A stretch of 64,000 nucleotides of DNA from Azolla caroliniana (GCA_043228905.1 JBHGNT010000007.1:21824001-21888000); one strand, 5' to 3'; positions 33,423 to 47,735 are shown, counted from the stretch's first letter. Notes: generated from the letters alone by a model not told the origin. A program made the numbers and translations.

Positions 33423-36400
33423 CATCGATTCCGAGGCAACTATCTGCATCCAAATCGGAGAGGGCCTCCCATATCTTGATGTTTCTAAGGTATGCTTTGG
33501 AGGATAATATATTCTCGTGTGTCGTCCCCTGTGGCCATATAATCCTCATTTCGTCGTCATCCTTAGTGATCGTTCCATCCTGTCGGTTGAGGCTACGGAT
33601 TATTGGTCTAGCATGCCTCGGTCCCTTAGATCGGATGAATTCCCTCGTGGATTTGTCCTCTACTCGAATCCATCGAGCCATATTTCCATAGATTGTCTTT
33701 TTTGCCATGATGAGTTCATGTTTGGCCATGACAACCTGTCTCGCAATCCAACTACATGCCGAGTATCTTTGTTGGAGTCGTTGTAAGGCTATTAGTCCCC
33801 GTTTGGTTCTCTGTCGCTTTTCCTAAGCTTCCTTGCTTCTGGTCTTGACAATCTTGTGTAGTAGAGTTGAAGCTCTTGTTAATTTAGCTAGAAGTTTGTC
33901 AGATGCTAATGAGGCATTGACCGGTAATGACCATTGGTTAACAAGTTTATCCTTCACCTCTGTGATTGTGTAGATAGTGTGCGGGATTTGAGGTTGAAAT
34001 GGGCCCCACTTTCAGTGTAATTGAAAGTGACCAATTACCGGGTAATGGTCAGAGAAAGTCGTGCATGGAGTTATGCAGCACCACCCTCTCTTCGCTTCTA
34101 GGGCCTCGCCTACATAAATGCAGTCAATGCGAGATAGGGTGGGTCCACTATTTCGCCCATCTGATCAGGAGAATGAGAGTTAGTCCCTTTTTCGTTGGAA
34201 GTTGTCTGAGTGCCATAGATCTCTCAGGTTAAGGTGTAAACATAACTTCTCCCATTGTTTTCGTTCCCTTCCTTGTATAACTATGGGATTGTTGCTAGAG
34301 CTATCGTGAAAGGATTCGATCATATTAAAATCCCCTCCAATGCATCAGTCCTCCGCACCTGCTACTTGTAGTCGAATGCGCTCCCGGAATGTTGCCCTTT
34401 CTGTGCTGCTATTTGGAGAATAAACATTCATGAAATTCCAGCGTTGCCCTTGGATGGCCAATGTGCCCTACCAAGTATAAGTGATTCTTGATGTATTAAG
34501 CTTTGGGCTAGACATTCCCGAATCAAAGTGTAAATACCACCATGATTTCTATCCTCCCCTATTGCTGGCTCCCAAATTGTTCGCCATGATCCTGGTAGAA
34601 GGTCTCCGACTTCCTTTGAACGAGTACTATCAAGGTGGTGTTCCTGCAACATGATTATGTCAGGAACACCCCTAATATATATTCCTCAAGATCCCTTCTC
34701 AGTTTCCATCTGTTTTGCTAGTCTAGTCGACTCCTGAGTCCTTGGACGTTCCATATTACAATTTTCATACTCATGGAATAGGATGGGAGAATGCTAGTTT
34801 CCTGTTGCTTTGCACAACAGGTCGTGAGTGGAGAGCACTCACCATTTAGACATCCAATGATTTTCACTTATGGGATGATGGTCCAAATCCATGAGTGGAG
34901 TTTGTGGGCTATATGGCGAGCTTCAATCGCCCCTTCCTGCTTCTTATAGACATAGAAAAAACCTGGAGTTAGATGGGTGTCTATAATAGTCCGCAGGTGA
35001 ATGTGGCAGAGATGAGGTTCCTCTTCATCCATGGTGAACCAGAATTTAGTGTTATTCAAATGCCTTTTTAGTTCGTTCATGAGGTCTTCGTCTCTTATTT
35101 TTGTTACAAAACATGTTGCTTGGTTACGTAGTGTATCGTTAATCTTGGATTTGGAGGTAGCAAGAGTGGAAAGGATATTGAGGTCGTTCGTACTCCATTA
35201 TTGTGTATTGTCAATACATGTACGCTTATTTTTTCCACTGTCTCATGCCCGATACCTAGCCATTTCATGGTGTTTTGTGGGTGTCGTTCGAGGTCCTCAC
35301 TAGAGGTATCACACTCATTTGTGTCTGGGAAGACTATGGTTTGAGGTGTGATATTCAATCTTTTGCCTTGATTTGTTGCTTCTCCATTGGGTGTAGTTCC
35401 TCGCAAGCTCGGCATTAAGGTCTTAACATGACTTATCCTTCGTCGCTTTCCTGTTTTGTAAGTTTTAACACGAATTTTCTCATGTGTGCTCTTGTCACCA
35501 CAGGTCGTTCCTTAGGGCTTAAGAAAGAACTAGGGGAGTGTTCATCCGTGGGGGGGAGCTCTTGCAGTAGATCAAATCGATTGGGGCTCAAAGGCGATGG
35601 AGGATTTTGTGCTTGTGGAGTTTTGCGGCGGGCATGGGTGTTTCCCACCACTCGCCATTCCATCACAGCCTTATCGGGTCGTGGTGGGGGGGCTTCTCAT
35701 GGCCTATGGTGCCATGACTTTCTCGGGTCTCCTTGACGAGATCTTTAGTGCCTCTCGTGGGGCAATTCTTATTTTTAAAATGACCAAATTCTTTGCATGC
35801 AAAACATTACCTCGGTGCACCGATCACTTCTATGCGTTGTTCAAACCACATACCGTTTTTTCCAGGAATGAGGATCTTGGAAGGAAGTTTGTCGATGTTC
35901 GACACCAAAAGGCGTATAGAGGGAGGGCCTAGTTGCTTCTTTAGCCTGTCCACTAGCGTTAGGTCCTCATCCAACATCATACCAAAGGAGTTTCCAATAG
36001 TAGGAAGTAACATGTTGTATTCTAAGAATAAACCAGGAAACACCATTGTTACCTTTTTCATGGAGTCATCCTGTTGTGGAGCCTTGTCTAGGTTAAAACC
36101 ATGTGTCCACTTACGCATGAACAACCATGTGGTTCGGATCTGGCAGGGAGACATTGCTATGAGTTTCGCTGCGGCATCCTTGTCCTCTAGGATGATTTGA
36201 TAGAACCCTTTATGACATCCTTTATTCCACCTACTTGTGCATGGTACTTTCCTTACAACATATATAGGTATATGACCGTTATTTGCTCAAGAAGATCTAT
36301 CTCCTGCTCCAATTATAACATTTCTTCGCTAGTGAAACTAATCTCAACAGGGGCCGTGACGACCTCCACCCTGTAGGTCGTGGGCAGAAAGAGCAGGACC

Positions 36401-37816
36401 CACTGAGAGGGGATCTCTATGCCCCACATTTGTAGCCCGTTGTTAGGTGAGTGCGATTCAGCTCCTGCTCCTGCTCTTGCTTCATTCCCCAATGGCCTCT
36501 GCTCCTCTGCTCCTGCTCCTGCTAAGCATGATAATATGGTTTATGTGTCAACCTACCAATGTATAACACGAGATAATAAAGAAACGTGTTTGCAAGTATC
36601 CACATTAAATTTCTTTGTGTCATGAAGGAACTTTAACTATAGAAAAGGATTTTAACCTTAACATATTTCACAACATCACATGGCATGAGAACTTTAGAGT
36701 GTTATGTCAAGACCATTGCATTTCAAAATCCAATTCTGTTGTCCCATCATTTTAGAGTGTTAAACCCTAAACCATGGTAATGAGATTTAGATTCCATAAA
36801 TATGGGACTGTAACATTACTGGAATCATATTAATGATATTTATACTTCACACAGAAAGAACATTACTCATACAAGTTATGAATCATCACACCAATGTTGA
36901 AATTGTGACTGTGATTAAGGAAAATGTATGTAGAGTGATTAAGGAAAATTACAAACACAAGTTCATTACTTGGCCACTTGCTAAAGCCATTTGGGTTGTA
37001 ACATCACAAGCTTGGGCATCATTAACTAGTAGTGTTTTGTCACTTTTGAAAGGTTTTCTTATTGAGGGTGTTAGAGGTCTACCCACCCCATCATATTAGG
37101 CGATGTTTGATTGTCTACGGTATTGAGGAATGTGGTATAATTGGAGCTCGAGATATTGTTCTTGTTTGATGGATTTCATGGGGCACCACAACAAAGATTA
37201 ACGTCTTCTAAGACCAAAATTGGCCCATCAGATAATTGATAACAATAATGGGATATGTACCCAATCATCAAAAATAAAAATAAAAACAAAACATAAATAA
37301 AAGAGTTCTAGCAAGGTACAAAAAATGTGATGGGGTGTAACGTGTTCTATAAAAGAATGTGGTGTCTTGAGTAATGCTTAATGGGGGATTCTTAATGGGG
37401 GATTCACATAATATATTTGTCTCATGGCATGATGTGCTTTCCTTATTTGTATGTGAGATGTCAATTTTTGTCAGTGAGAAAAAATTGTTGCAAATACGTT
37501 GGAGGCTAAGATATCCGAGAATAAAATGCAATATTAAAGGTTCAAGTATCATGACAATCAAAGCAACAAGTAACTTGAAGGGATAAAGTTAGAGGCGTTT
37601 TTCAAAAGTGTCAAAAAGTAGAAAAGGCAAGGTGTGGAAACGAAGATTTAGATAGATAAAAAAAGCTCATAACTTCTTCATCCGATATTCACATTTTTAA
37701 AAGAAAAGATTCGTAAAAAAACTGGCAATGAGAGGTTTCCAAAAATATCTTGTATGCTAAATTGGGGATTACAAAGGAGAGATAATGGTATAAAAAACAC
37801 CCTACATAGACGTGTC

Positions 37817-37853
<37 letters not shown>

Positions 37854-40800
37854 TTAAAAGCAAGAATAAGGCAACCAAAAACGTATAAATAGGAGGGTAT
37901 TCTTAGCCATAAGGGGAGGAAAAAGAACAGGAATAGGTCTACAAGCAGTGAGAAGAGATTGGTAGAAGAAGGAAGTTGGGAAGTAGGAAAGTTTATTGTC
38001 ATTTAAAGTCATAAAAAGAAAAGGAGTTCTATGGAGTTGTGTTTGTATTTGGAGTCTACAAAGTCAATATTGTTCCCGAACTATATTATATAACATTATT
38101 TTCTTTTCCTCTTCTCTTCTCTATTGAGTCTCTTCTTTAGTATGGAAATTGTCATCTAGTAGATAACACTAGAATTCTTTTCAAAAAGAGTTATGTGTGT
38201 CTTCTTGGATATTATGTTGGTCTAGAAAGGCGAGTTTGCGCTCTTAGTTAAATCAATTGTTTCATTGGGGGTCAAAGAGGTGGGGGATATAGTTGAGGCT
38301 CGATCTCAAAAAAATTTAGAGTTTGTTGAAGCATGACAATAATTACACATCTCACCCAATTATGGGTTTATTTGGCAACAACTACAAAATATTATATTGA
38401 TGTAAGGTTCTTTACCTCTACAAACAAAAGAGTAATTGTGGGTTGATTGGTGTTTATGGGGTCGAACATTGGTTTTACAAGTGACTAGTAATATATTGTA
38501 TCATTGCTCTATTGAGTCTCTTTGATAGCTATCATCTAAGGCTAAACAAGAATGCAAAGTACATAACATTGATTATGGATCATTGTAGATCTTAAAACAT
38601 AGTTGGCATTGTAAATTGGTACTTGTAGTGAAAGTCCTTTTTTAGAGAGTTTTGATGTGGGGTTTGCCTTTAGGATCAACTCTAAAGCAACGTGGACTAG
38701 TAATGGGCTATTGCTTCTTTTGAACAGTTCAAGTGGAAGATAATACTCATCGTTCATATAATGTTAAATTTTTTGTTAGATTTAGGGTTACATTTCTCAA
38801 ATTTGGTAAGTTTTCTCACGGTGTTATTGATACCAAAACAATGGGTGTTTGCATAATTCACACAAGTTGGCCCAAAGTCAAAGATAAAGATTGTTTTCCT
38901 ATTTCTAAAGCATTGGGGATTGCATCATAATTGAGATATTTGCAATGCTTTCATATTTGATGGTAGACATGGAGTCAAACCATATATACGAAAGTTGGAG
39001 TACTAATGTGTCAATTTCTTTTATTGGAGCAAGTAGAAATTCTTTCCTAGATGGAGTGTTTGTCTTGCCTATTGGCGATTCAACATATTCCACTACATGT
39101 GTAGTTAGTAAGGGACCATACTCCATCACCCATTGTAAATAGTGTCTTTCACACACATTTATTAATGTTATTGTTTTTTTTCACCAAGAGAGAGAGAGAG
39201 AGAGAGCCTCGTTGTCTATGTCTTTCTTATAATTGCCTTGGTGTTTGTACCACGGCAACTACAAAAAATACAAATAGAGATTAGACTTGATGTTTTGCAA
39301 TCCAAGGAAAAATATGGGTGTTCCAATGTGACCTCATGTTAAGTACATCACGTACATAGCTTGATCCATGAAAACATCAACATCAGAGTTGATACTAAAC
39401 TAAATGCAAGATATATGTAACAAAATTGGCTCTAAAGCTTTTGTCCAAATGGTCACCCCAATGTGAAAGGGGACAACCTTTCTTTGAGTGAGCTATAAAT
39501 GTCACTTTTGTGACTTTTTTTAGCTCTTCTTTACTTTTGTACCCCTATGAACCTAAGCTATATAGCTCACTTCCGCCTCTCTATCATATGCTTGTAGTAA
39601 GTTGGGCGATTAGTGTTAAGTGCTACTGAGTTAAACCCTAATCAAGGTGTGATTAGTACTATTATGAGTAATCTCTCGCTTTTATGTGTGTGTATTTAAC
39701 ACTTACACCTTTTAAAGCATAGGTTCATTTCTAGATTAAAGTTGTCCTAGTAAAGTGAATGTGAGAGTTCATCAAGCTACCAGGTCGAGGCCAATTGGTA
39801 ATTGCAGTCACCCGACTCACCATCAATACGATATATGGCGACCTAGACCCCTTGGCTTAGGATTTTTGCAAGGAGAGAGAACTCAAACCGAGATGAAGAT
39901 GTACACTTGATGCAATGTACCTAGACACAATAAACCTCAAGTTATATATATATATATATATTGCAACCATGATCATGTGTATGTGCGTTTATATCCTATT
40001 TAGAAAAGCTGAAAGTACATTTATTTGGTTAGGTGCTAAACAATTAAGGAGGAGATATGAGGTTACCAAGAAAACCTTTTCGGACAACAAATTAAATGTC
40101 TTTTCTAAATACTTACGATCAACATCTAGAAAGATTTGAAAATGTATACTTGGCATACCTACTTTAGGGTGGGAAATGTATATTGTGAAAACACATACAT
40201 GTATGATGTGTCTACATATTTTGAGGCATTTTATTGAATTCTTGTGTATTTTTTTGTCATTTGCGTGTGCTCATAATCTTTGCACCTCATGCTTCGTCTT
40301 AATTTTTAAACATTGGATTAAGGTACCCATAAAGTTAAGTTCATAGAATATGGAAATTTGAGCACGTGGAATCTAAATCTCAATTGTCATTACCTCAACA
40401 ACCACGATAATTAACCACGTAATTATCCAAACTCTAAACATCATTTAGAGGTAAACAAAGCGTCCTTTCCAATGAAAAATAAATCGTATGACACATCACT
40501 AGTTTTTAAATTAGATCCTCATGTACACATGTGTATGTGTATGTATCATGGCATATCCATAAAAGATAGATAAGAGCACATGGAATCTACATACACCAAT
40601 CGTCATTACAGCCTAGGGTTCGACAAGTTGGTCCCAAGTCACTAATGTGCAAGTCAAGAAAAAAGGCTAGTGTTCTTTTACCAATACTTCATGTTTTATT
40701 TGTGAGGAAATTGGTAATTCTGCTCATCACAATTATGCATTTTCTTGATGCTTGATCTTTGCATTAAGTGCTTGTTTTGATGTTTTAAATGTCACATTGT

Positions 40801-43800
40801 ATAGTGCTTATTATTGTACCTATTGTCTGAAAATTCCAATTTGAATCTCTAGAGTTTGATTGACAACCTTAGATAGGCTAGGTTTAGGATCACAATCCTT
40901 AATTTTTTGCCTAGTTTGTCTCATAGCGATTGCTTTGATGAAATGAATGAAGAGCATGTTTTTCTTCGCTAGTAACACAATCCGAGGACAATGAAACTTA
41001 TATTAATTACGTGACACGTCTTCGAAGAGTTGGAATATATTGATAATAGGTCCCAATTAGGTTGGATGTGATGCACAATGACGTCTAATAAACACAATAT
41101 GAGTTCCAAAACTCATTTCCGAGGACCAAAGAGGTTAAGTTTGACATATACGCATTTTACTTTAGTTATCCACATGAACATCCAAGAGGTAGCTAAGTTC
41201 TTAAATATCATGGAAACTTTGTGTTGCGGTTGTGATTATTATTATTCCAAATTCCAATGCAACAAAGGTTAGCAGCATATATTCTCAATATTGGTAACAA
41301 AACTATGCACTTATAAGCTAAAAAAATAATTCCCTTGGTTCAAAATTACCTCGAATATCCAAATATGGCTCATTTGAACGAGATATAGACACTTCAATGC
41401 GCATGTCAGACAAGAATTCCTAATCTAGAATGCTCCATGTTCACAATGTTGAGGCCTCAAAAAGAACATAAATTAGGGTATATTGGAGAATGAACCCAAA
41501 AATGTGAACATGGGCATTTCTTAAATTCACCTTGTGATCATGTCTTCTTGAGAAGGGACGTGCTAATAGCAGTATTATGGGGCTTTCTTAATTACCCCAT
41601 TTTCATCTCGCATGTTCTTGATATGAGACACCATAAAATGTCGACATATCTATCGTTCATGTCATCATTTTCAAAGCACTTTAAATCATCCATAAAGATA
41701 GAGAGAGGCGAACATTTCAAGGAAGAGCTTTGTTCAAGGAAGAATAAAAGTATGACCTTTATATATGTATAAGGTAAAAAAAGATGGCATGTGTTTCAAT
41801 TCCTTATCAATTCATATGTATTTAAGTAAGACATGGATAGTGTCAACTTCATCTCTCATCCAAAAAATATAAAAATATGATTGTGGCAAGGTCATTAATA
41901 TAGAATTTTGTCTAAAAACATACAACTATAATATACATAAATACCGAGATGGTGCATTATTAAATTGCAATCTAATGTCCAGCTGATTAGGCAAAGTTTT
42001 AGAGCCAAATGCCCAAACAAAGAAAAATTTGTTTTCTTCCAAATTCAAGTGTAATTGATACACTTGACCATACATGGTGTGCTACAATTGTCCTTTACTA
42101 ATGACATTACCTTTTCTTTGTTTTGTTCTTGGTAGCCCTAATAACCCTAGCCAAGGTATTGTTGCTAAATTTGCAAGTTCCAAGACGGGGATCTGGGCAT
42201 ACAAAGGGTCGCAAGGACATATACAAAAAAAGAGTGGGTATCAAGCTTTATCAAGAGCTTAAAACTCTAATTGACCTTGACTGGAAACTCTAATTGCCCA
42301 ACACCATGAGATTGGTCTTATTTGCCCACTTGGTATATCCATATCTAAGATTCAACTTCATGTTAATATGGTTCATCATTCATGGTTGAGAACCTATTTG
42401 AAATCCCCCACTACTACTTATCGTGATACTCAGAACTTCTACTTGATTGGAGTCTACCTAAAATGGGACACTATTAATCTATGGGTTCTTACCTCTCAAA
42501 AGAAGTTACCAAGAAGTAAAAACTTTACACAATTTGTAATGTCTTCGTATACAAGAGATGGCAATTGAAAGGATAACAATGACAATGAAAATCTATCCCA
42601 AAGTAAAGGATAATGTTTATTACTTAATGAACAACAATAAATTCTTTACATTGTACTAAATAACAATTCCTCCCTTGAATAGTATGTCAATGGTTGCTTA
42701 CATTTTTCAAGACAACTTATCCATCCCACTATTTTATTGATGGTGTCTACCAAAAATTCTACCAAGGAAAAGAATGTAATGTTGTACCATTAGGAGTCAT
42801 AATCATGCCAATTGTATGTACGAAATTACCATCATATCGTAGGTATCGATTTTTTCGCTAAACTAAACAATTATTTTTACAACATTGTTGTAGATGTTTT
42901 TGACCAATAAGTGGCCATCAAAATGCTCAACTTGGGTATTGAGACCCAAGAGTCAAGCCAACAAAAGGTTCTCGAGACATTACGTAAGCAATCCTCATAG
43001 AGACATTACATAAGGATTCAGTCTTGAGACACCAGTGGTGTGGGCTAGGCTTTTGTCATGACAATCATGTCAAATCTCCCAAGGTTCTAATATGCGATGG
43101 TATGGGACGTCCGTGGTAGGTTGGATACGTCTCAATCATAGTTCAAAGGTGGTCAAGAGGATCAAGTTCCTCTATCCAATCTACTTACGTTTTGTTGATG
43201 ATCGACGACAATGGCGATAACCATTTCCTAACCAACAACATATAAATCAACAAGATCAACATAAAATATTTAAAACAATTTTTTACTTCAAAAGTGTACA
43301 ATTAATTAAAACAAACATTATTAAAACTAACCAAACCCTTGAAACTTCTCAAATGGGACCAATCACATGACTAACTATTCATTGTAACCAAATAACGTTT
43401 TGTAATCCGTCACTCACATACCATACAATGCGGATTTTTAAACCTTTGCTGATTGAATGTTCCTCAAAAGTAGCAACGACAGTAAAAAAAGAAGAAATAA
43501 TAAACAAATTTAATTTTGCAACATTATATAACTTGATTGATTCTTCTATAGTGCATAGAAACAAGAACTCTAACCACACATGAAAGCTTTTTACAAATGG
43601 TTCTCTTCGGTATATTTACATATTCACTGTTACAAAATTTGTCATGCCACATTGTCCTCTTTAGTGTGTTAACCGCAGTACCTGAATGCCTAGACCTAGC
43701 CATGTGTATGAACCACACTCAACTGGATCAGAGGTTAGCTAAGCTAGTTCTTGGTGCATACATAAGAGCAACACAAAAAAATGAAGATCCATATAATCCA

Positions 43801-44047
43801 ATAGGTCTTTTATGAAGGAATAGCGCATTTACTTCAGCGCATAAAAGAGCACTAGTTAGTACAAAAGAAAGGTTTAGATGGTTTCAATAAAGTCTTCACG
43901 CACAGAAAATAATGGCATAAAACTCAGCATATGCTGGTTTTAACTTTCAGCATATTCTTGTACCAGATTTAAATGCACTTAACCAAATCTCACCTTTTGA
44001 GAAAGTAGTCATAATCTTGGATTAAAATCAAGCAAGATGCCACGTGA

Positions 44048-44675
44048 AGAGAATGATATGATCTGCAATAGTTCACAAGGAAATCGTAACCTTGGGTTTA
44101 AATCAAGTAGGAATACCTCAAAAAGGGTTCAAAATCAAGTAAGAATACCTCATAAAGGGTTTAAATCAAGTAACAATCCTCATGAAGGGTTTAAATCAAG
44201 TAAGAATACTTCATAAAGAGAATGATATGTTCAGAAACAGTCGATAAAGAAATCATAACCTTGGGTTTAAATCAAGTTGGAATACCACATAAAGAGAATG
44301 ATATGTTCTGCAAAAATGTTAGTGTCATATGAAGGCATATCATCATTTTTCAAATAAACATAAGGATTTGAAACAATCATAAATGATGACAATAAGGGTT
44401 TAGTCAAGTAACTTAGTAAGAATACCTTATAAAGGGTTTAAATCAAGTAACAATCCTCATGAAGGGTTTAAATCAAGTAACCTAGAATACTTCATAAAGA
44501 GAATGATATGTTCAGAAGCAGTCGATAAAGAAATCATAACCTTGGGTTTAAATCAAGCAAGAATACCACATAAAGAGAATGATATGTTCTGCAACAGTGT
44601 TAGTGTCATATGAAGGCATATCATCACTTTCCAAATAAACATAAGGATTTGAAACAAATCATAAATGATGACACG
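44048..44675. repeat. Hierarchical minisatellite downstream of the GRP gene
   Basis: ~30-bp subunits GGGTTTAAATCAAGTAAGAATACC and AGAGAATGATATGTTC inside a ~281-bp duplication (44220 vs 44501). Confidence 0.85.
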
Positions 44676-45390
44676 AAGGCATTGTCACATCAAAACACTG
44701 TAGGATGAGTAAATCACTGTAACACCGTCTTTCCATTTACATTCCAATATTGTTTTGGTTATATCTTACAACAAAAATTCATCTTTCTTAACTAAGAAAG
44801 AAAGTTCAAACCTCAGGTTATTAAAGTCAAAAACCTAAAAATTAGAAGCAACTCATAAGAAACAACTTTGAATTCATTTAACTGAGATAATATCACGATG
44901 AGACCTTTGCTATGACTTAGTTATAGGCGGACATTACAATTACAAAAACAAGTTAGTGATCCAAGACCTTTAACACCGATTGAATCGAATTGGGAAAAAA
45001 ATCAATCACCATAGAACCATTTCCATATAAGGTCAATGATGGGAATCGCAGTACAAAAATATGTTGAAAACCTCCAAACGAAATCCTTGTATTTGAATAA
45101 AGAACCAACCTCTACTGTATCACTTAAATCATGAGAGAGACAGACAGACAGACAGAGTACTGAACTGAAACAAACTGCCATTCTTTCTTTCCAGTCTAAA
45201 TTAGAGTAACAATAATAAGTCACAATCCATCAAAAACAAAGTTGGGCACAAACACACATAACCAGAAACGCCCCCTACAAAGTAGTAAGTCTTTTAGAGA
45301 CTACCATACCATAACACCAGATATGATCATGATATACATGATATGGATCATAAGTCTACAAGAACAGCGAAACACCATGCTTTCTCTCTT

Positions 45391-45786
45391 TTAATTTCTA
45401 TCTCGGCTTCCATATCCACCACCGCTACCATAACCATCTCTACTGCCACCGCCAGATCGGCTACCATAGCTATCACCACCTTCATACCTTGATCCACCGC
45501 CATAGCCACCACCACCACCAGATCCTCTATATCCTCCACCACCACCACCACCACCACCACTCGATCGGCGATAGCCTCCTCCTCCACCTCCTCCCGATCC
45601 TCTATATCCTCCTCCACCGCCTCCGCCTCCGCCTCCAGATCTTGCTTGGGCTTGGTTCACAGTGATGTTACGGCCATCAAGCTCCTTACCGTTCATCGAA
45701 TCAATAGCATCAAGCATTGCTTGCTCGTCTGAGAATGTCACAAACCCAAAGCCACGGGACCTCCCTGTCTCTCGGTCATTGATTAT
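45391..45786 (-). CDS. GRP7: Glycine-rich RNA-binding protein (GRP7/GRP8-like), exon 2
   Basis: TTGCAG acceptor; IINDRETGRSRGFGFVTF (RNP1), ELDGRNITVNQAQ, Gly-rich tail, TAA. The symbol marks the family, not proven orthology. Confidence 0.93.
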   Translation of the reverse strand: MINDRETGRSRGFGFVTFSDEQAMLDAIDSMNGKELDGRNITVNQAQARSGGGGGGGGGGYRGSGGGGGGGYRRSSGGGGGGGGGYRGSGGGGGYGGGSRYEGGDSYGSRSGGGSRDGYGSGGGYGSRDRN

Positions 45787-47037
45787 CTGCAAGATAAGGG
45801 ATTGAAGTGGGGGTTAACCATGAGTGTTCAAAATACTGCTCTTCTACGATTTCAAGGGGAACTGGATATTTGCAAAAGAACATTTCTCAGGAAGTTTTAG
45901 CTAGTATATGAAAAGATGCATCGCTTATCACAAAAGACAACCTAAGCCCTTCAGAGAAGCAAAACAATGATGAACTTGTTCGAAAGACAAATACTGTCTT
46001 AAAACATTAGATCTGAAAAGGTTGGATGTACAAATTTAATGTTCCAGAACATACAAAGCACAAATGAGAAAGTTCCACAATCAGAGAAAGAAACAGTAAC
46101 TGAAATTAGATTTGGCATAAATAGAAAAAAATAAAGATTCTGATTTTTCAATCACGAGACTATATGGAACTCCAAAAGATTGTCACCCTAATTCAGAGAA
46201 AATTACAGATCTGAATACAGCATGACATAACCAGTTTTACAGATCTCATATGATCAAAGGAAAACAACATAAGCAAAACGAGATCTGTAATACCCGGCGG
46301 ATTAAAAATCTACTAATACACGACAGTAAGAAAAGTAACTATTACCGAGTTGTAACAAACAAAAATCGTAGAAGATTACTTTGCTTTCTTACTTGGTCTA
46401 AGCATCAATTAGGGGGGAAAACGTTACTGACAGCCAAAAAACTCCAAGTTTCCTTTGTTTTAGATTTCGCAAGTGAAATGAAACAGAATTGACAACGAGA
46501 AGAACAGATCTTACCAAAAACGGTAAACCAACTTCAAGTTCGCTCGAAGGAGAAGCACATGTACAAATCTCTAGAACATCTCTGATACATGTTCAGACAA
46601 AGACTCAAAGTGTCTATGTCACAAAGAGAAGATAACTAGCACAAAAGCGAAAATAAGAGAGAAAACACTCAAATCCAGAAGAATGAAAATGCACTGATAA
46701 GTGCAAACCACCAAGAACAGACAGAGGAAAAGCCGTTCCCTTGTCTGAGAAAAGATCAAACAAATCATTGAGAACTCTCATACGAGATGAAATAACACTG
46801 GAGGGGTACAGAAGAACACTGGAGGGGTATAGAACAACTAACAGAACTGGTACAGAAGCCCTTAAAACGCCATACAATGCTGACACACAAAATCTCTTCA
46901 TTAACACACACACACACACTATCACTGTCTTTCCCTCTTCAGGAAAGAGGCTCGCTCACTAGCAAATCTGACAGTTCAAAACTGGAAAGCAGAGATTAAA
47001 GAGGGAGGAGGAGGAGGAGGCTCGAATTGCAGCATAC

Positions 47038-47151
47038 CTTAGAGTCCACGATGTCGCCATAGGGCTGGAAGGCAACGCGGAGGCTTTCATCATCAGTGGC
47101 CCAGGCAAGGCCGCCGACGAAGCATCGGAACTCGACATCAGCAGCAGCCAT
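47038..47151 (-). CDS. GRP7: Glycine-rich RNA-binding protein, exon 1 (total 169 aa)
   Basis: [20 protein letters not shown] (RNP2)...VDSK; donor AAG/GTATGC, phase 0; 1251-bp intron. Confidence 0.93.
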
Positions 47152-47279
47152 GTCGAAGAAGAGGAGGAGGAGGAGGATTACAAGGAGTAGTTACAGAGAA
47201 AACAAGAGACAGATGGAGATGGAGCAGGAGCAGGAAACAGGAAGCAGAGAAAGAAGCAGAGAAACTGTGAGGGAACTGG

Positions 47280-47391
47280 AAACCCTAATTTTCCATGGCT
47301 GGCCTTTGGCCTCCTTTATATACAGTCGAGGGGGAGGGAAGGGAAGATATTTTCTCCTTGCCACGTGGCAAGGGGCGCGTTCACGTGGCAC
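47280..47391 (-). promoter_or_regulatory. GRP proximal promoter: telo-box, TATA, evening element, two G-box/ABRE
   Basis: AAACCCTAA near 47280; minus-strand TATATAAA near 47315-47322; minus-strand AAAATATCT at 47345-47353; CACGTGGC at 47362 and 47382. Confidence 0.75.
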
Positions 47392-47399
47392 TTGAGAAT

Positions 47400-47735
47400 T
47401 GAGACCTGGGCGGGTTCCCAGGTCTCACGTCTCAAGTCTCGGGTCTCAAGTCTCGGTCTCGAGGTCTCGGGTCTCAAGGTCTCAAGTCTCTGGGTCTCGG
47501 GTCTCAAGGCCTCAAGTCTCAGGTCTCGGGTCTCAAGTCTCAAGTCTGAGGGTGGTCTCAAGGCTCAAGTCTCAAGTCTGAGGGTCTCAAGTCTCTGGTC
47601 TCAGGTCTCAAGTCTCAAGTCTCGGGTCTCAGGTTCAGGGGTCTCTGGTCTCGGGATCTCAGAGCCTTGGGGTCTCGAGTCTCAATGTTTCAAAGTCTCG
47701 GGTCGGGGTATATATTGGATCTCGGGGTATCTGAG
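47400..47735. repeat. Heptamer minisatellite (GTCTCAA/GTCTCGG)n
   Basis: Dozens of GTCTC cores at ~7-bp period; begins with inverted repeat TGAGACCTGGG/CCCAGGTCTCA. Confidence 0.9.

Larger units (their letters stand above)
30005..36450 (-). mobile_element. Second, heavily decayed L1-clade LINE (LINE-B); 5' boundary approximate
   Basis: ORF1 remnant (KWTHGFN, FPGLFLEY); ORF2 start near 34768; LQEHHL, GGDFN, CLGIDGL, VRQGYPLAPSLF, FAYD, GGLGL; many stops; A-rich tail near 30005. Confidence 0.85.

Noticed and set aside
6727-36650. Ancient segmental duplication (repeat-LINE-repeat twice)
   Set aside because: The LINEs are too diverged and no DHNAT exon remnant is seen near 6.8-7.1 kb
36700-43900. 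Short ORFs and possible retroelement relics
   Set aside because: AT-rich with only faint, inconsistent motif hints; no supportable boundaries or products
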